From contig CAVWHO010000015.1 in assembly GCA_963754875.1 (NCBI GenBank), forward strand, positions 1 through 64,000: a stretch of DNA of 64,000 nt, in the 5' to 3' direction. Made by a program: the position numbers and the translations under genes. Origin of the DNA: Nitrospirota bacterium (lineage in GTDB: Bacteria; Nitrospirota; UBA9217). A model generated the notes under the pieces. That model had not been told where the DNA came from, did no database searches, and was given only the letters and a program-made list of their open reading frames with translations. Shown here in pieces: positions 10,310 through 21,250 of the stretch. How positions within the stretch are numbered: the first letter of the stretch is position 1; each line of letters opens with the position of its first letter.

Positions 10310-11423
10310 CGAGGTGATTGCCTTCACCGCCGATATCGGCCAGGGAGAGGAACTCGAACCGCTCCGGGAGAAAGCGATCAAGACCGGCGCGAGCAAGATC
10401 TATATCGACGACCTCCGCGAGGAATTTGTCCGGGATTTTGTATTTCCCCTGCTGCGCGCGAATGCGGTGTACGAAGGCCGCTATCTCCTCGGCACTTCGA
10501 TAGCCCGGCCGCTGATCGCAAAGCGCCAGATCGAGATCGCGGAGCAGGAGGGCGCCGAGGCAGTCTGTCACGGTGCCACAGGCAAGGGGAACGACCAGGT
10601 CCGATTCGAGCTCACCTACTTTGCGCTCAAGCCCGACGTAAAGATCGTCGCCCCCTGGCGCGAATGGACCATGAAGGGCCGCGAGGAATTGATCGCTTAT
10701 GCCGAGAAGCACAAGATCCCGGTCATGGCGACCAAGTCGAAGCCTTATTCTACGGACCGCAACCTGCTCCACATCAGCTACGAAGGGGGCGTACTCGAAG
10801 ACCCGTGGAAAGAATCAACGAGCGACATGTTCACCATGGCCGTGCCGATAGAGAAGGCTCCGGACAAGGCAGAGTATGTGGAAGTTGAATACCGGTCCGG
10901 AAACCCCGTTGCGATCAACGGTAAACAGATGTCTCCTGCCACGCTCCTGGCCGAGGCGAACCGTATCGCCGGCAGCCATGGCGTCGGCAGAGTCGATCTC
11001 GTCGAGAACCGCTACGTGGGTATGAAGTCCCGCGGTGTATATGAAACTCCGGGCGGTACGCTCCTCCATGCCGCGCACCGGGCTGTTGAGTCCATTACCA
11101 TGGACCGTGAGGCAATGCATCTCCGCGACAGCCTGGTTTCCCGGTACGCAGAGCTTGTGTACTATGGATACTGGTTCGCGCCCGAACGTTTTATGCTCCA
11201 GGCATTGGTGGATGAGTCCCAGAAAAACGTGCTTGGCACGGCACGGTTGAAACTTTACAAAGGCAACTGCGACACCATTGGACGCAAGTCGTCTGTTTCG
11301 CTCTACAATCCCGAGTTTGCGACGTTCGAAGCGGACCGCGTTTACAATCAGAAGGATGCCGAAGGATTTATCCGCCTGAATGCGCTCCGACTCAGGATCA
11401 AGAGTAAAGTAGGAAAGTCGTAA
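10310..11423 (+). CDS. argG: Argininosuccinate synthase, 5'-truncated
   Basis: [48 protein letters not shown]. The N-terminal AYSGGLDTS PP-loop is missing. Confidence 0.95.
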
Positions 11424-11482
11424 AATTACGTCAGAGGGCACCGGTAATTGCGAAGATCACGTAAGCAGGTTAATTGCTCATC

Positions 11483-12892
11483 ATGGCCAAGAAAACCAAG
11501 AAAATAAAAAAAACAAAGAAGACAGCCAAGCCCTGGGGCGGGCGCTTCACCGCAGCCACGAATGAACTCGTTGAAGAGTTTACCGCTTCGATCCCCTACG
11601 ACTGGCGGCTCTACCCCTACGATATCGCAGGCAGCATCGCCCATGCAGCCATGCTGGCGAAGACCGGCATTATCGCGAGGACGGAAGCGCGCAGGATCAT
11701 CAGGGGACTGGAAGACATCCTGAAGGAAATTGCGTCCGGCTCTTTCTCGTTCAAGATCGAGCTTGAAGACATCCATATGAACATCGAGAGCCGGCTGATC
11801 GAAAAGATCGGTCCTGTGGGCGGAAAACTCCATACGGCCCGCAGCAGGAACGACCAGGTAGCCCTTGATATCCGCATGTATCTGCGCGATGAAATCGCCG
11901 GCATCCACGATATCCTGAGATCGCTGCAAAAGGTTCTCGTTGTGCTTGCGGATAAACATCAGGGCGTGGTTTTGCCCGGATACACGCATCTCCAGCGGGC
12001 ACAGCCCATTCTTCTGGGCCATCATCTGCTCGCGTATTACGAAATGTTCGAACGCGACCGGGGCCGGCTCGAAGACTGCTTCCGGCGCGTCAATGTCATG
12101 CCGCTGGGCGCCGGGGCCCTCGCCGGAACGGTGCTTCCTATCGACCGAACGTTCGTGGCAAAACAGCTCGCTTTCGACAGCGTGAGCGAAAACAGCTTGG
12201 ACGCCGTGTCAGACCGGGATTTCGCCATTGAGTTCGTCTCTTCCTGCGCCCAGATCATGATGCACCTCTCTCGCTTGTCCGAAGAGCTCGTCATCTGGTC
12301 GTCGTCGGAGTTCGGGTTCATTACGCTGTCTGATGCATTCACTACGGGATCGTCGATCATGCCGCAGAAGAAGAATCCCGATGTGGCAGAGCTCACGCGC
12401 GGAAAGACCGGCCGGGTGTATGGCAGCCTCACGACGCTCCTGACCCTCATGAAAGGGCTTCCGCTCGCCTATAATCGCGACATGCAGGAGGACAAGGAGC
12501 CGCTCTTTGATGCCGCGGATACGGTATCGATGTCGGTTACGGTCATGGCTGAGATGCTCAAGGACGTCGTGGTCCATGAAAAAACAATGCGGCTGGCGGC
12601 TGAAGATGGTTTCATAACCGCCACCGACCTTGCTGATTACCTGGTCAGGAAAAACATCCCCTTCCGCCGTGCGCACGAAATTGTCGGCCGGGCCGTACTT
12701 CGCGCTACTGAATTGGGATGCGGCCTCGGCGACATGTCTCTTATCGAGTACCGGAAGCTCTCGCCGCAGATCAGCGAAGATGTATATGAGGCCATCTCCG
12801 TCGAAACATCCGTGGCCAGAAGGACCTCCTACGGCGGGACAGCCCCCGTAAACCTGAAAAAACGTCTTCAGACGCTCAAGAAAATGAGATGA
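11483..12892 (+). CDS. argH: Argininosuccinate lyase
   Basis: [27 protein letters not shown] and the [12 protein letters not shown] signature. Confidence 0.97.
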   Translation: MAKKTKKIKKTKKTAKPWGGRFTAATNELVEEFTASIPYDWRLYPYDIAGSIAHAAMLAKTGIIARTEARRIIRGLEDILKEIASGSFSFKIELEDIHMNIESRLIEKIGPVGGKLHTARSRNDQVALDIRMYLRDEIAGIHDILRSLQKVLVVLADKHQGVVLPGYTHLQRAQPILLGHHLLAYYEMFERDRGRLEDCFRRVNVMPLGAGALAGTVLPIDRTFVAKQLAFDSVSENSLDAVSDRDFAIEFVSSCAQIMMHLSRLSEELVIWSSSEFGFITLSDAFTTGSSIMPQKKNPDVAELTRGKTGRVYGSLTTLLTLMKGLPLAYNRDMQEDKEPLFDAADTVSMSVTVMAEMLKDVVVHEKTMRLAAEDGFITATDLADYLVRKNIPFRRAHEIVGRAVLRATELGCGLGDMSLIEYRKLSPQISEDVYEAISVETSVARRTSYGGTAPVNLKKRLQTLKKMR

Positions 12893-14004
12893 ATACCGGA
12901 ACCCGGTGGCGTTGTGCAGCCTCTCTGGCGCTGGTCCTGACGGCAGTAACGGCGTGCGCTTTAAAAACTGATCCGCTCATACCCGCTAGCCCGAGGCCGG
13001 AGCAGGTGAAAAACATCAAGGCCGCAACCCGGGACGCCAGGGTGTTTTTGTCATGGCCGATCCCGACCAAAAACGTCGAAGGCGTAAGCATGAAGAATGC
13101 CGATATTCTGCTGTTTCGCATTTACCGGGCCGAGTTCGGACGCGAACGGAAGAGGGCCCGGTACAAGCAGTATACAGAGCTGAACATGTCAAGTCCGGCT
13201 CCGGCAAGCGTTCGGAACAGCGTCGTCTTCTGGTCCGACGACCAGGTGAAATACGGCTATATCTACGGGTATCGGATCAGAGCAGTGAGCGTTCGCGGCG
13301 GAGTCAGCAATCAATCCGAGGAAGTACGGATCACACCGCTCTTGGGCCCCGCGCCACCGAGGGGGGTCAAAGCCCTGGGTGGAGACAGTTATACGCTCAT
13401 CACCTGGGAAACGGTAACAACCTGGGTGGACGGCAGCCCGTATAAGGGCTTCGTCGGATACGATATCTACCGCGGCACGGAACAGGGCCTCTATGACGAA
13501 CCTCCGTTGAACAAAGAACCGCTCACGGTGACGTCGTATAAAGATACGGGCGCCGTAAACAACAGGACGTACTATTACCTTGTCCGTTCCGTGAACAGTC
13601 CGGTTCAGCCCTGGAAGGAGAGCCCTGATTCCGTGGAGGTAACGGCCACTCCAAGGGACCTGACGCCGCCGAACAGACCAAAGGGGCTGACGGCGGTACC
13701 GGGGGTCGGCAGGGTGTTCCTCTCCTGGAATGAAAACAAGGAGGCGGACCTTGCCGGGTATCACGTGTATCGCTCAACGAAGCACGGCAAAAATTACGAA
13801 CGTTTGACGGACAGGCTGCTTCTACGGACAACGTATTTGGACGAAACGGTCAAGACAGGTGATACTTATTACTACGTTCTGACCGCTGTGGACCAGTCTG
13901 GAAACGAAAGCGAGTATTCGCACGAGCTCAAGGTTCATGTCGAACGGCTCAGCAGGGATTCATTCACGACTGATACATCGAAAAGCGAGAAACACGGCAA
14001 CTGA
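12889..14004 (+). CDS. Fibronectin type III repeat lipoprotein
   Basis: Lipobox VTA-C followed by ALKTDPLIP. Three FN3-like units carry the LSW..., GYxIYR, Y.D and YYY.V.AV motifs. Confidence 0.8.
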   Translation: MNTGTRWRCAASLALVLTAVTACALKTDPLIPASPRPEQVKNIKAATRDARVFLSWPIPTKNVEGVSMKNADILLFRIYRAEFGRERKRARYKQYTELNMSSPAPASVRNSVVFWSDDQVKYGYIYGYRIRAVSVRGGVSNQSEEVRITPLLGPAPPRGVKALGGDSYTLITWETVTTWVDGSPYKGFVGYDIYRGTEQGLYDEPPLNKEPLTVTSYKDTGAVNNRTYYYLVRSVNSPVQPWKESPDSVEVTATPRDLTPPNRPKGLTAVPGVGRVFLSWNENKEADLAGYHVYRSTKHGKNYERLTDRLLLRTTYLDETVKTGDTYYYVLTAVDQSGNESEYSHELKVHVERLSRDSFTTDTSKSEKHGN

Positions 14005-14055
14005 AGCGCCGTCTTTCTTCACGGTTGTTTTTCCACAAACCGGACAGGATGCAGC

Positions 14056-15322
14056 ATGCATGATTTTCAGTATAAAAACGGCGAACTGTACTGCGAAGGG
14101 GTGCCGGTAAAAACGGTAGCACAGCGTGTCGGCACGCCGTTTTACCTCTACAGCAGTAACACGCTCGCCATGCATTTCCGCGCCTTCGACAGCGCGTTCG
14201 CCGACGTTCCGCGTCTTATCTGCTATGCTTTGAAGTCCAACTCGAACAGCGCCATTCTCCGGCTCTTGGGTCGCGAAGGCGCAGGCGCGGACATTGTTTC
14301 GGGCGGCGAACTGTTCCGCGCTCTCCGGGCCGGCATTGACCCGAAAAAAATCGTCTATGCCGGCGTGGGTAAGCGCAAGGACGAAATCGAATACGCGCTC
14401 AAAATCGGCATCCTCATGTTCAATGTCGAATCGGGCGAAGAACTCCATGCGCTCGAACGAAGCGGCAGGCGAAATGCGGTCCACGGCGCGCATCGCGTTG
14501 CGGGTAAACCCGAACATCGACCCCAAAACGCACGCGTATATTTCGACGGGACTGAAGGAGAATAAGTTCGGCATCCCGATCGAACAGGCGCTCGAATATT
14601 ACCACATGGCGAAGTCCCTCTCCCACGTGGAGATCGTTGGCGTGCACCACCACATCGGCTCGCAGATTACGGAAGTCCAGCCCTTTGTCGACGCGCTCGA
14701 AAAGGTCGTTGCATTCGTTAAGGAGCTAAAATCAGCCGGCATAAAGATCAGATACATCGATATCGGCGGCGGGCTCGGCATCACCTATAAGGACGAAACG
14801 CCGCCGCACCCCAAGGAGCTGGCACAGGCAGTTCAGCCACTGTTGAAAGAGTCTGGTTGCACGCTTGTGCTGGAGCCGGGCCGGGCAATCGTCGGGAATG
14901 CTGGCATCCTGGTGACAAGTGTCCTCTACCACAAGGGCAGCGGCGAAAAAAAATTTGTTATTGTCGATGCGGGTATGAACGACCTTATCCGGCCGAGCCT
15001 CTATGAAGCATACCACGAGATCAAGCCCGTGGTCGAGCAGTCGCCGAATCCGGAGCAGGGAGTATTCGATGTCGTCGGGCCCATCTGTGAGTCCGGCGAT
15101 TTCCTGGCCAAGGATCGAGAATTGCCCTTGGTGCGGCGAGGCGAGCTCCTCGCCGTCATGAGCGGCGGGGCCTACGGTTTTTCCATGTCGTCAAACTATA
15201 ATTCACGCCTCCGCGTTGCCGAGGTGATGGTCCGGGGCAGCGAATATTTCGTCATTCGTGAGCGTGAAACTTACAATGATCTCATCAAGGGAGAGAAGAT
15301 ACCGAGGTGGCTTGCGGGATAA
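14056..15322 (+). CDS. lysA: Diaminopimelate decarboxylase (one apparent frameshift near 14460)
   Basis: GTPFYLY, CYALKSN (PLP Lys) and DIVSGGEL in the first frame. LRVNP, NKFGI, HIGSQI, DIGGGLG, EPGR and VVGPICESGD in the second. Confidence 0.95.
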
Positions 15323-15418
15323 GCCCGCGATTCACCGCGAACCCATGCAGACTCGAAGAGTGATCGACAGCAGCAGTTCCTGATCTCCCTTCGAGGTTAT
15401 TGTCGTCACGAGGTATTT

Positions 15419-16231
15419 ATGAAAAAAATACCATTCACAAAAATGCAGGGAAGCGGCAACGATTTCATCCTGATCGACAACCGCAGGAGCATCCTGAAGG
15501 GAAAGAATCTGAAAGACCTGGCCATGACGGTCTGCCACCGGCATTACTCGGTCGGCGCCGACGGCTTAATCGTGATCGTGCCTTCAAAAAAAGTCGATTT
15601 CAAATGGCGGTTCTTCAATGCCGACGGCAGTGAGGCCGCGATGTGCGGCAATGGCTCCCGCTGCGCCGCACGCTTTGCGCTCATCAAGAAAATCGCCAAA
15701 AAGGACATGGCCTTTGAGACGCTCGCAGGGACCATTCACGCACAGGTAAAGACGAACTCGATCAGGGTCCAGCTCACGGACGCAGCAGGACTCCGCATGA
15801 ACATTGCCGTGCCCCTTGAGAGCGGCATACGGATGGGCCATTTCATCGATACCGGCGTGCCGCACCTGGTCTATTTGTCGAAGGACATCGACAACGAAGA
15901 TGTGGACCGTGTCGGCAGAACGACCCGGTATCACGATCTTTTCAAGCCGGCCGGAACGAACGTGAACTTCATCCAGATCCAGAACAAGCACAAGCTCCGC
16001 ATCAGGACCTATGAACGAGGAGTGGAGGGTGAAACCCTGGCGTGCGGCACGGGCACGGTCGCGGGCGCTCTCGTCGCAGGCGCCCTGGGCGCTGTTTTTT
16101 CTCCCGTCGAGGTCCATACCTTTGGTGGAGAAAAGCTCACGGTATCATTCGAGCGGAGCACTGAGGAATTTACCGGCATTCAACTGGAAGGGAAAGCCGA
16201 AGTTATTTGCGAAGGAGTGGTTTACATTTAG
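15419..16231 (+). CDS. dapF: Diaminopimelate epimerase
   Basis: FTKMQGSGNDF, NADGSEAAMCGNG, RTYERGVEGETLACGTG. Confidence 0.97.
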   Translation: MKKIPFTKMQGSGNDFILIDNRRSILKGKNLKDLAMTVCHRHYSVGADGLIVIVPSKKVDFKWRFFNADGSEAAMCGNGSRCAARFALIKKIAKKDMAFETLAGTIHAQVKTNSIRVQLTDAAGLRMNIAVPLESGIRMGHFIDTGVPHLVYLSKDIDNEDVDRVGRTTRYHDLFKPAGTNVNFIQIQNKHKLRIRTYERGVEGETLACGTGTVAGALVAGALGAVFSPVEVHTFGGEKLTVSFERSTEEFTGIQLEGKAEVICEGVVYI

Positions 16232-16305
16232 TCCGGGCTCCGGGATTGAAACCCGAAATATTGGACTCGAGGCCGAGGACTGCTGTATAAACGAAGGAGG
16301 TTGTA

Positions 16306-17178
16306 ATGTTTAGAGGTTCCATGGTTGCGATTGTAACGCCGTTCAAGAATGGCAAAATTGACGAAAAGGCCCTCGGTGATCTTATAGAATTTCAAATAAA
16401 AAACGGCACAGACGTGATTGTGCCGTGCGGAACCACCGGTGAGTCCGCAACGCTGTCTCATGAGGAGCACCACCGCGTTATCGAGTTTACGGTCAAAACC
16501 GTGAACAACCGCGTCCCCGTCGTGGCCGGCGCGGGCTCCAACTCGACGTCCGAGACGCTGGAGCTCACACGGTACGCGCAGAAGGCGGGCGCGAACGGCG
16601 TTTTGCTCATCACGCCGTACTATAACAAACCGACACAGGAAGGGCTTTACCAGCATTTTATGAACGTGGCCGATTCGGTCGACATCCCGATCGTTCTGTA
16701 CAATGTGCCGGGCAGAACAAGCGTCAACATGCTCCCTGCGACGGTGGCGCGTCTCCGTGAAAAGCAAAACATTGTCGGCATTAAAGAAGCGACCGGGGAC
16801 ATGAAGCAGGTGAGCGAGATCATCCGGCTCTGCGGCCGGGATTTCGATGTCATCTCCGGTGACGATTTTACAACGTTTCCGCTCCTGGCCCTCGGCGGCG
16901 TTGGTGCTATTTCTGTGACGGCCAACATCGCGCCTGCGGACTGTGCCGCCATGTTCGATGCGTTCTTTGCGAACAGGACCGACGAGGCCCTCAAGCTTCA
17001 CTATAAGCTTGAGCCGCTCCACAGCCCCATGTTCATCGAGACCAATCCGATCCCGGTCAAGACCGCGCTTGCGCTCATGGGCAGGATCGGCGGTGAGTTC
17101 CGGTTGCCGCTGTGCCCCATGGCTGACGCGAACAAGGAAAGGCTCAGTAAGGCCTTGAAGGACTACGGGCTGGTCTGA
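16306..17178 (+). CDS. dapA: 4-hydroxy-tetrahydrodipicolinate synthase
   Basis: GTTGES, PYYNKPTQEG, YNVPGRT, GIKEATG, ETNPIPVK. Confidence 0.97.
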   Translation: MFRGSMVAIVTPFKNGKIDEKALGDLIEFQIKNGTDVIVPCGTTGESATLSHEEHHRVIEFTVKTVNNRVPVVAGAGSNSTSETLELTRYAQKAGANGVLLITPYYNKPTQEGLYQHFMNVADSVDIPIVLYNVPGRTSVNMLPATVARLREKQNIVGIKEATGDMKQVSEIIRLCGRDFDVISGDDFTTFPLLALGGVGAISVTANIAPADCAAMFDAFFANRTDEALKLHYKLEPLHSPMFIETNPIPVKTALALMGRIGGEFRLPLCPMADANKERLSKALKDYGLV

Positions 17179-17271
17179 TCAGAAGCATGTGCCAAAGAGG
17201 ATGCAGTGGAAATTCTTGTTCCTTTTTCCCATGCTGTCCGTTAATCCATGTTTGAATACCTGAGGTGAATT

Positions 17272-18081
17272 ATGATTAAAGCAGTGGTGACTGGCGCAGC
17301 CGGCAGGATGGGTTCGCGCATCATCAATGTCCTTTCGACCTCGGAAGGCATCCGCCTTTCAGCGGCGATCGAGCGTAAGGGGCATCAGCTTGTCGGCCAG
17401 GACGCCTGCGCAACGGCGGGGCTCCCGGCAGGCGGGGTCCTGACCCTTGTGACTGATGACCTCGTTGCCGCGCTTAAAGCCAATGATGTCCTTATCGACT
17501 TTACCATGCCGGAGGCCAGCCTTGAGCACATACGGACCTGCGCCGAGCACGGTAAAGCAGCCGTCATCGGCTCGACCGGATTTTCTCCGGAACAGCTCGA
17601 CGAGGTCGCCAAGTACGTCCAAAAGATCCCCTGCGTGCTCTCCCCGAACATGAGCATAGGCGTGAACCTCTGCTTCAAGATCCTCGCTGAAGTCGCCAAA
17701 ACGATCGGTGAGGACTATGACATGGAGATCGTCGAGGCCCATCACCGCATGAAAAAGGATGCGCCCTCGGGCACGGCCATGAAGATGGCTCAGGTGATCG
17801 CCCAGGCCGTGAACCGGAACCTCGACGAAGTCGGTGTCTATGCCCGAAAAGGCATGATCGGCGAACGATCGAAAAAAGAGATCGGCATTCAGACGCTCCG
17901 CGCCGGGGACATCGTCGGCGATCACACCGTGATGTTCGCGGGGAAAGGCGAGCGAATCGAGATCACCCACCGAGCACACAGCCGCGATACATTCGCGGCA
18001 GGGGCCGTGCGTGCGGCGAAATGGGTCGTGGGCATGAAACCCGGGCTCTACGACATGCAGGATGTGCTCGGGTTGAAATGA
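17272..18081 (+). CDS. dapB: 4-hydroxy-tetrahydrodipicolinate reductase
   Basis: GAAGRMG, EAHHRMKKDAPSGTA, RAGDIVGDH. Confidence 0.97.
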   Translation: MIKAVVTGAAGRMGSRIINVLSTSEGIRLSAAIERKGHQLVGQDACATAGLPAGGVLTLVTDDLVAALKANDVLIDFTMPEASLEHIRTCAEHGKAAVIGSTGFSPEQLDEVAKYVQKIPCVLSPNMSIGVNLCFKILAEVAKTIGEDYDMEIVEAHHRMKKDAPSGTAMKMAQVIAQAVNRNLDEVGVYARKGMIGERSKKEIGIQTLRAGDIVGDHTVMFAGKGERIEITHRAHSRDTFAAGAVRAAKWVVGMKPGLYDMQDVLGLK

Positions 18082-18166
18082 ACGCCTTAAAAATTTGGGT
18101 GTGTCGAGCCTTTTTAAACGCAGCACCTGAAACAAAGCAGAATTTTTCTTTGAAAGGAAACCGAAA

Positions 18167-18940
18167 ATGAAAAGATCGTTCAGCCTTGTCATCACACTTG
18201 CTCTTCTGAGCCTACCGTTCCTGGCAGTCACTGCTCATGCCTTCCCGCCAAAAAAGGGCGATAAACCCTGCATAGAATGCCATAAACTCGACAAGAAGGA
18301 CGCGGAGGTCCTTGTAAAAAAAGTCGTTCCCACGGGCACTGTCACTGACATCAAGGAGGCCCCGATCAAGGGGGTGTGGCAGATCGACGTGAGCGCGGGG
18401 GAAGGAAAACACGGGGTTCTGTACCTGGATTACTCAAAAAAATTTCTCATTGCAGGACAGATCGTTCCTGTCGAGGCAATCGGCAAGCAGGCGCCACCCC
18501 GGAAAGTTGATGTTTCAAAAATTCCCCTGGAGCATGCGATCTTGCTGGGTTCCAGGAACGCGTCAAAGAAAGTCATCGTGTTCAGCGATCCCGACTGCCC
18601 CTACTGCCGGGAGCTTCACAAAGTCATCAGGCAAATTTTGCCTCAACGGAAGGACATTGCCTTTGAGATCATCCTGAATCCTCTTCCGATGCACAAGGAC
18701 GCATTTAAAAAAGCTCAGGCCATCCAGTGCTCTAAATCAGCTGAAATGCTTAACGAGGCATTTGCCGGCAAGTCAGTGCCTGAACCCACCTGCCCCGCGG
18801 ACCAGATCGAAAAAAACAAGGAGCTGGCTAAATCGCTCGATTTCAACGGTACGCCGACGCTGGTTCGTGACGATGGCACGGTGCTTTCGGGTTATCTTCC
18901 TGAAGAGAAACTGATCGAGTGGATCGATAAAAAACAGTAA
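18167..18940 (+). CDS. dsbC: DsbC-family thiol:disulfide isomerase with an N-terminal CxxCH motif
   Basis: Signal peptide ..AHA-F, CIECH, dimerisation domain (PIKGVWQI..LYLD), FSDPDCPYC, GTPT cis-Pro loop. Confidence 0.85.
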   Translation: MKRSFSLVITLALLSLPFLAVTAHAFPPKKGDKPCIECHKLDKKDAEVLVKKVVPTGTVTDIKEAPIKGVWQIDVSAGEGKHGVLYLDYSKKFLIAGQIVPVEAIGKQAPPRKVDVSKIPLEHAILLGSRNASKKVIVFSDPDCPYCRELHKVIRQILPQRKDIAFEIILNPLPMHKDAFKKAQAIQCSKSAEMLNEAFAGKSVPEPTCPADQIEKNKELAKSLDFNGTPTLVRDDGTVLSGYLPEEKLIEWIDKKQ

Positions 18941-18953
18941 TTCCGGGGGCTGG

Positions 18954-19706
18954 ATGCGGCTCGTTCGGTTTCAGGTTGAAGGAAGAGAGGCCTGCGGCAT
19001 CGTGCAGGGCGATACGGTTCAGGAGCTGGATGGGGGTTTCTTCGGCCCATTGACAATACTGCCGGCAACCTACAGTCTCGACGGGGTGAAACTTTTGGCC
19101 CCGTGCAAGCCTTCCAAGATCGTTGCCGTGGGACTGAACTACCGTGATCACGCCCTTGAATTGGGTTTTCCAATACCGGAAAACCCAATTATTTTTCTGA
19201 AACCACCGACCACCATAATCGGACCGGGCGACAGGATCGTAGTACCTGCCATGAGCAGCCGGATAGACTATGAAGCGGAACTGGGGGTCGTGATCAGGAA
19301 CGCGACGCGCTGCGTTTCCGCTGAAGAGGCGGCAGGCCACATACTCGGCTATACGTGCGCGAACGATATTACTGCCCGGGACCTGCAAAAGCAAGACGGC
19401 CAGTGGACGCGCGCCAAGTCATTCGATACCTTTTGTCCTGTAGGCCCTTGGATAGAAACCGACCTCGACCCGGGAAATCTTCTCGTCGAGTCTTATCATA
19501 ACGAAAGGCGAATGCAGTCTTCCCGGACGTCGCAGTTCATTTTCAGCGTCGATCGCCTGCTGAGTTTTATCTCAGAGATCATGACGCTCAATGCCGGCGA
19601 CCTCATCATCACCGGCACGCCGGCGGGCGTCGGGCCGATGCGCCATGGAGATGAGATTGAGGTAAGGATTGAGGGGATCGGAAGGTTACTCAATTCTGTT
19701 CAGTGA
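18954..19706 (+). CDS. Fumarylacetoacetate hydrolase family protein
   Basis: SKIVAVGLNY, DYEAELGVVI, NDITARDLQ, WTRAKSFDTFCPVGP, TGTPAGVG. Confidence 0.93.
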   Translation: MRLVRFQVEGREACGIVQGDTVQELDGGFFGPLTILPATYSLDGVKLLAPCKPSKIVAVGLNYRDHALELGFPIPENPIIFLKPPTTIIGPGDRIVVPAMSSRIDYEAELGVVIRNATRCVSAEEAAGHILGYTCANDITARDLQKQDGQWTRAKSFDTFCPVGPWIETDLDPGNLLVESYHNERRMQSSRTSQFIFSVDRLLSFISEIMTLNAGDLIITGTPAGVGPMRHGDEIEVRIEGIGRLLNSVQ

Positions 19707-19749
19707 TATTTTAAGAACTTTTTTCACTTATCAACTCGCGGAGGAATTA

Positions 19750-20997
19750 TTGGTGACAACAGAGAACGAACCCTATGTTCAATCCCTCTTTGCCGATCGG
19801 CTCGGCGGCACGATGTTCGGCAAAGAACATAAAATATACAAATTCGAGAAGATCAAACGGGCAAAGCGGGCTGCATTGGCGGCCCATCCTGGCGTCGAGC
19901 TCATAGACTTCGGCGTCGGTGAGCCCGATGAAATGGCTTTCCCCGGCGTTGTGCAGTCACTCCAGAAGGAAGCGGAGAATCCGGAAAACCGCGGTTACGC
20001 GGACAACGGAATCCAGGAGTTCAAGGACGCGGCTGCCCGGTATCTTCAAAAAGTCTATGGCGTCGGCGGCATCAGTCCGGACACCGAAGTTCTCCACGGC
20101 ATCGGCAGCAAGCCTGTGCTCGCCATGTTCCCGGCAGTATTTATCAATCCCGGCGATATAACACTCATGACGGTACCCGGATATCCGATCATGGCTACCC
20201 ACACCCGCTGGTACGGCGGCGGCGTGGTGAATTTGCCGCTCCGTGAGGAGAACGATTTTCTGCCTGACCTCGATTCTCTCTCTCCGGACGTTAAAAAACG
20301 GACCAAGCTTCTCTACATCAATTATCCGAACAATCCCACGGGCGCGGGTGCGACGATGGCCTTCTTTGAAAAGATTGTTCGCTTTGCAAAAGAGAACAGT
20401 GTCGTCGTCGTGCACGACGCGGCGTATGCCGCTCTTACCTACGGCTCCAGACCCTTTTCGTTTCTTACGGTGCCGGGGGCAAAGGAAGTCGGCGTAGAAA
20501 TCCATTCTCTTTCGAAGGCGTTCAATATGACCGGCTGGAGACTCGCGTTTGTCGCCGGAAACGAAAGGGTGATTGCGGGCTATGGAAACGTAAAAGACAA
20601 CTACGACTCTGGCCAGTTCAAGGCCATTCAAAAAGCAGGTGTCTACGCTCTCGATCATCCGGAGATTACGGATGAGATCAGGGCCAAGTACGAGCGGAGG
20701 CTCAGGGCCATGTCCTCGGTCCTTGCGGAAATGGGATTTAACGCAAGAATGCCGGCAGGCACCTTCTACCTCTACGTGAAAATGCCTAAGTGCGTCAAGA
20801 ACGGCAAGACGTTTTCGAATGCCGAAGAGTTTTCCGAATTTTTAATCACCGAAAAACTGATCAGCACAGTGCCCTGGGATGATGCCGGATCGTACATCCG
20901 CTTCTCGGCGACCTTTGAGTCCAAAGGCAAGGCTGACGAACAACGGGTGCTCGAGGAATTCAGAAAGAGAATGGGCGGTCTGCGATTTGAATTCTAG
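19750..20997 (+). CDS. dapL: LL-diaminopimelate aminotransferase (class I PLP enzyme)
   Basis: NYPNNPTG, DAAY, HSLSKAFNMTGWRL. It lies in a dapA/B/F-lysA cluster with no dapD or dapE. Confidence 0.8.
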   Translation: MVTTENEPYVQSLFADRLGGTMFGKEHKIYKFEKIKRAKRAALAAHPGVELIDFGVGEPDEMAFPGVVQSLQKEAENPENRGYADNGIQEFKDAAARYLQKVYGVGGISPDTEVLHGIGSKPVLAMFPAVFINPGDITLMTVPGYPIMATHTRWYGGGVVNLPLREENDFLPDLDSLSPDVKKRTKLLYINYPNNPTGAGATMAFFEKIVRFAKENSVVVVHDAAYAALTYGSRPFSFLTVPGAKEVGVEIHSLSKAFNMTGWRLAFVAGNERVIAGYGNVKDNYDSGQFKAIQKAGVYALDHPEITDEIRAKYERRLRAMSSVLAEMGFNARMPAGTFYLYVKMPKCVKNGKTFSNAEEFSEFLITEKLISTVPWDDAGSYIRFSATFESKGKADEQRVLEEFRKRMGGLRFEF

Positions 20998-21165
20998 GCA
21001 GCGTATCACGACGACGCACCATTCATGAGCGGCCCCCCTCCGGCAGGAGCCTGAGGCTCCCTCTAATAACGCAGCCGCCCGCCTGCACCCAGCATTTGCG
21101 AGTGCAATAGCGTAGCCTGCTCTTGCGAAAACGCGGCCATAAACGAGTGCATGGCGCGGTTTACG

Positions 21166-21197
21166 ACGCAATACCCCCGGCAGGAAGTCGGGGGATT
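21166..21197. repeat. Short intergenic hairpin repeat, copy 1
   Basis: ACGCAATACCCCCGGCAGGAAGTCGGGGGATT, nearly identical to 36435-36466. Confidence 0.65.
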
Positions 21198-21250
21198 GCA
21201 AGTCGCGGGATTCATGATGCACGGTACTTCCAGCGTACATTTAGAAATCT

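Noticed and set aside
14440..14480. lysA split as a real pseudogene or recoding site
   Set aside because: It is a single-base shift in an otherwise intact biosynthetic gene, most likely a sequencing error. The same applies to the G run near 41617.
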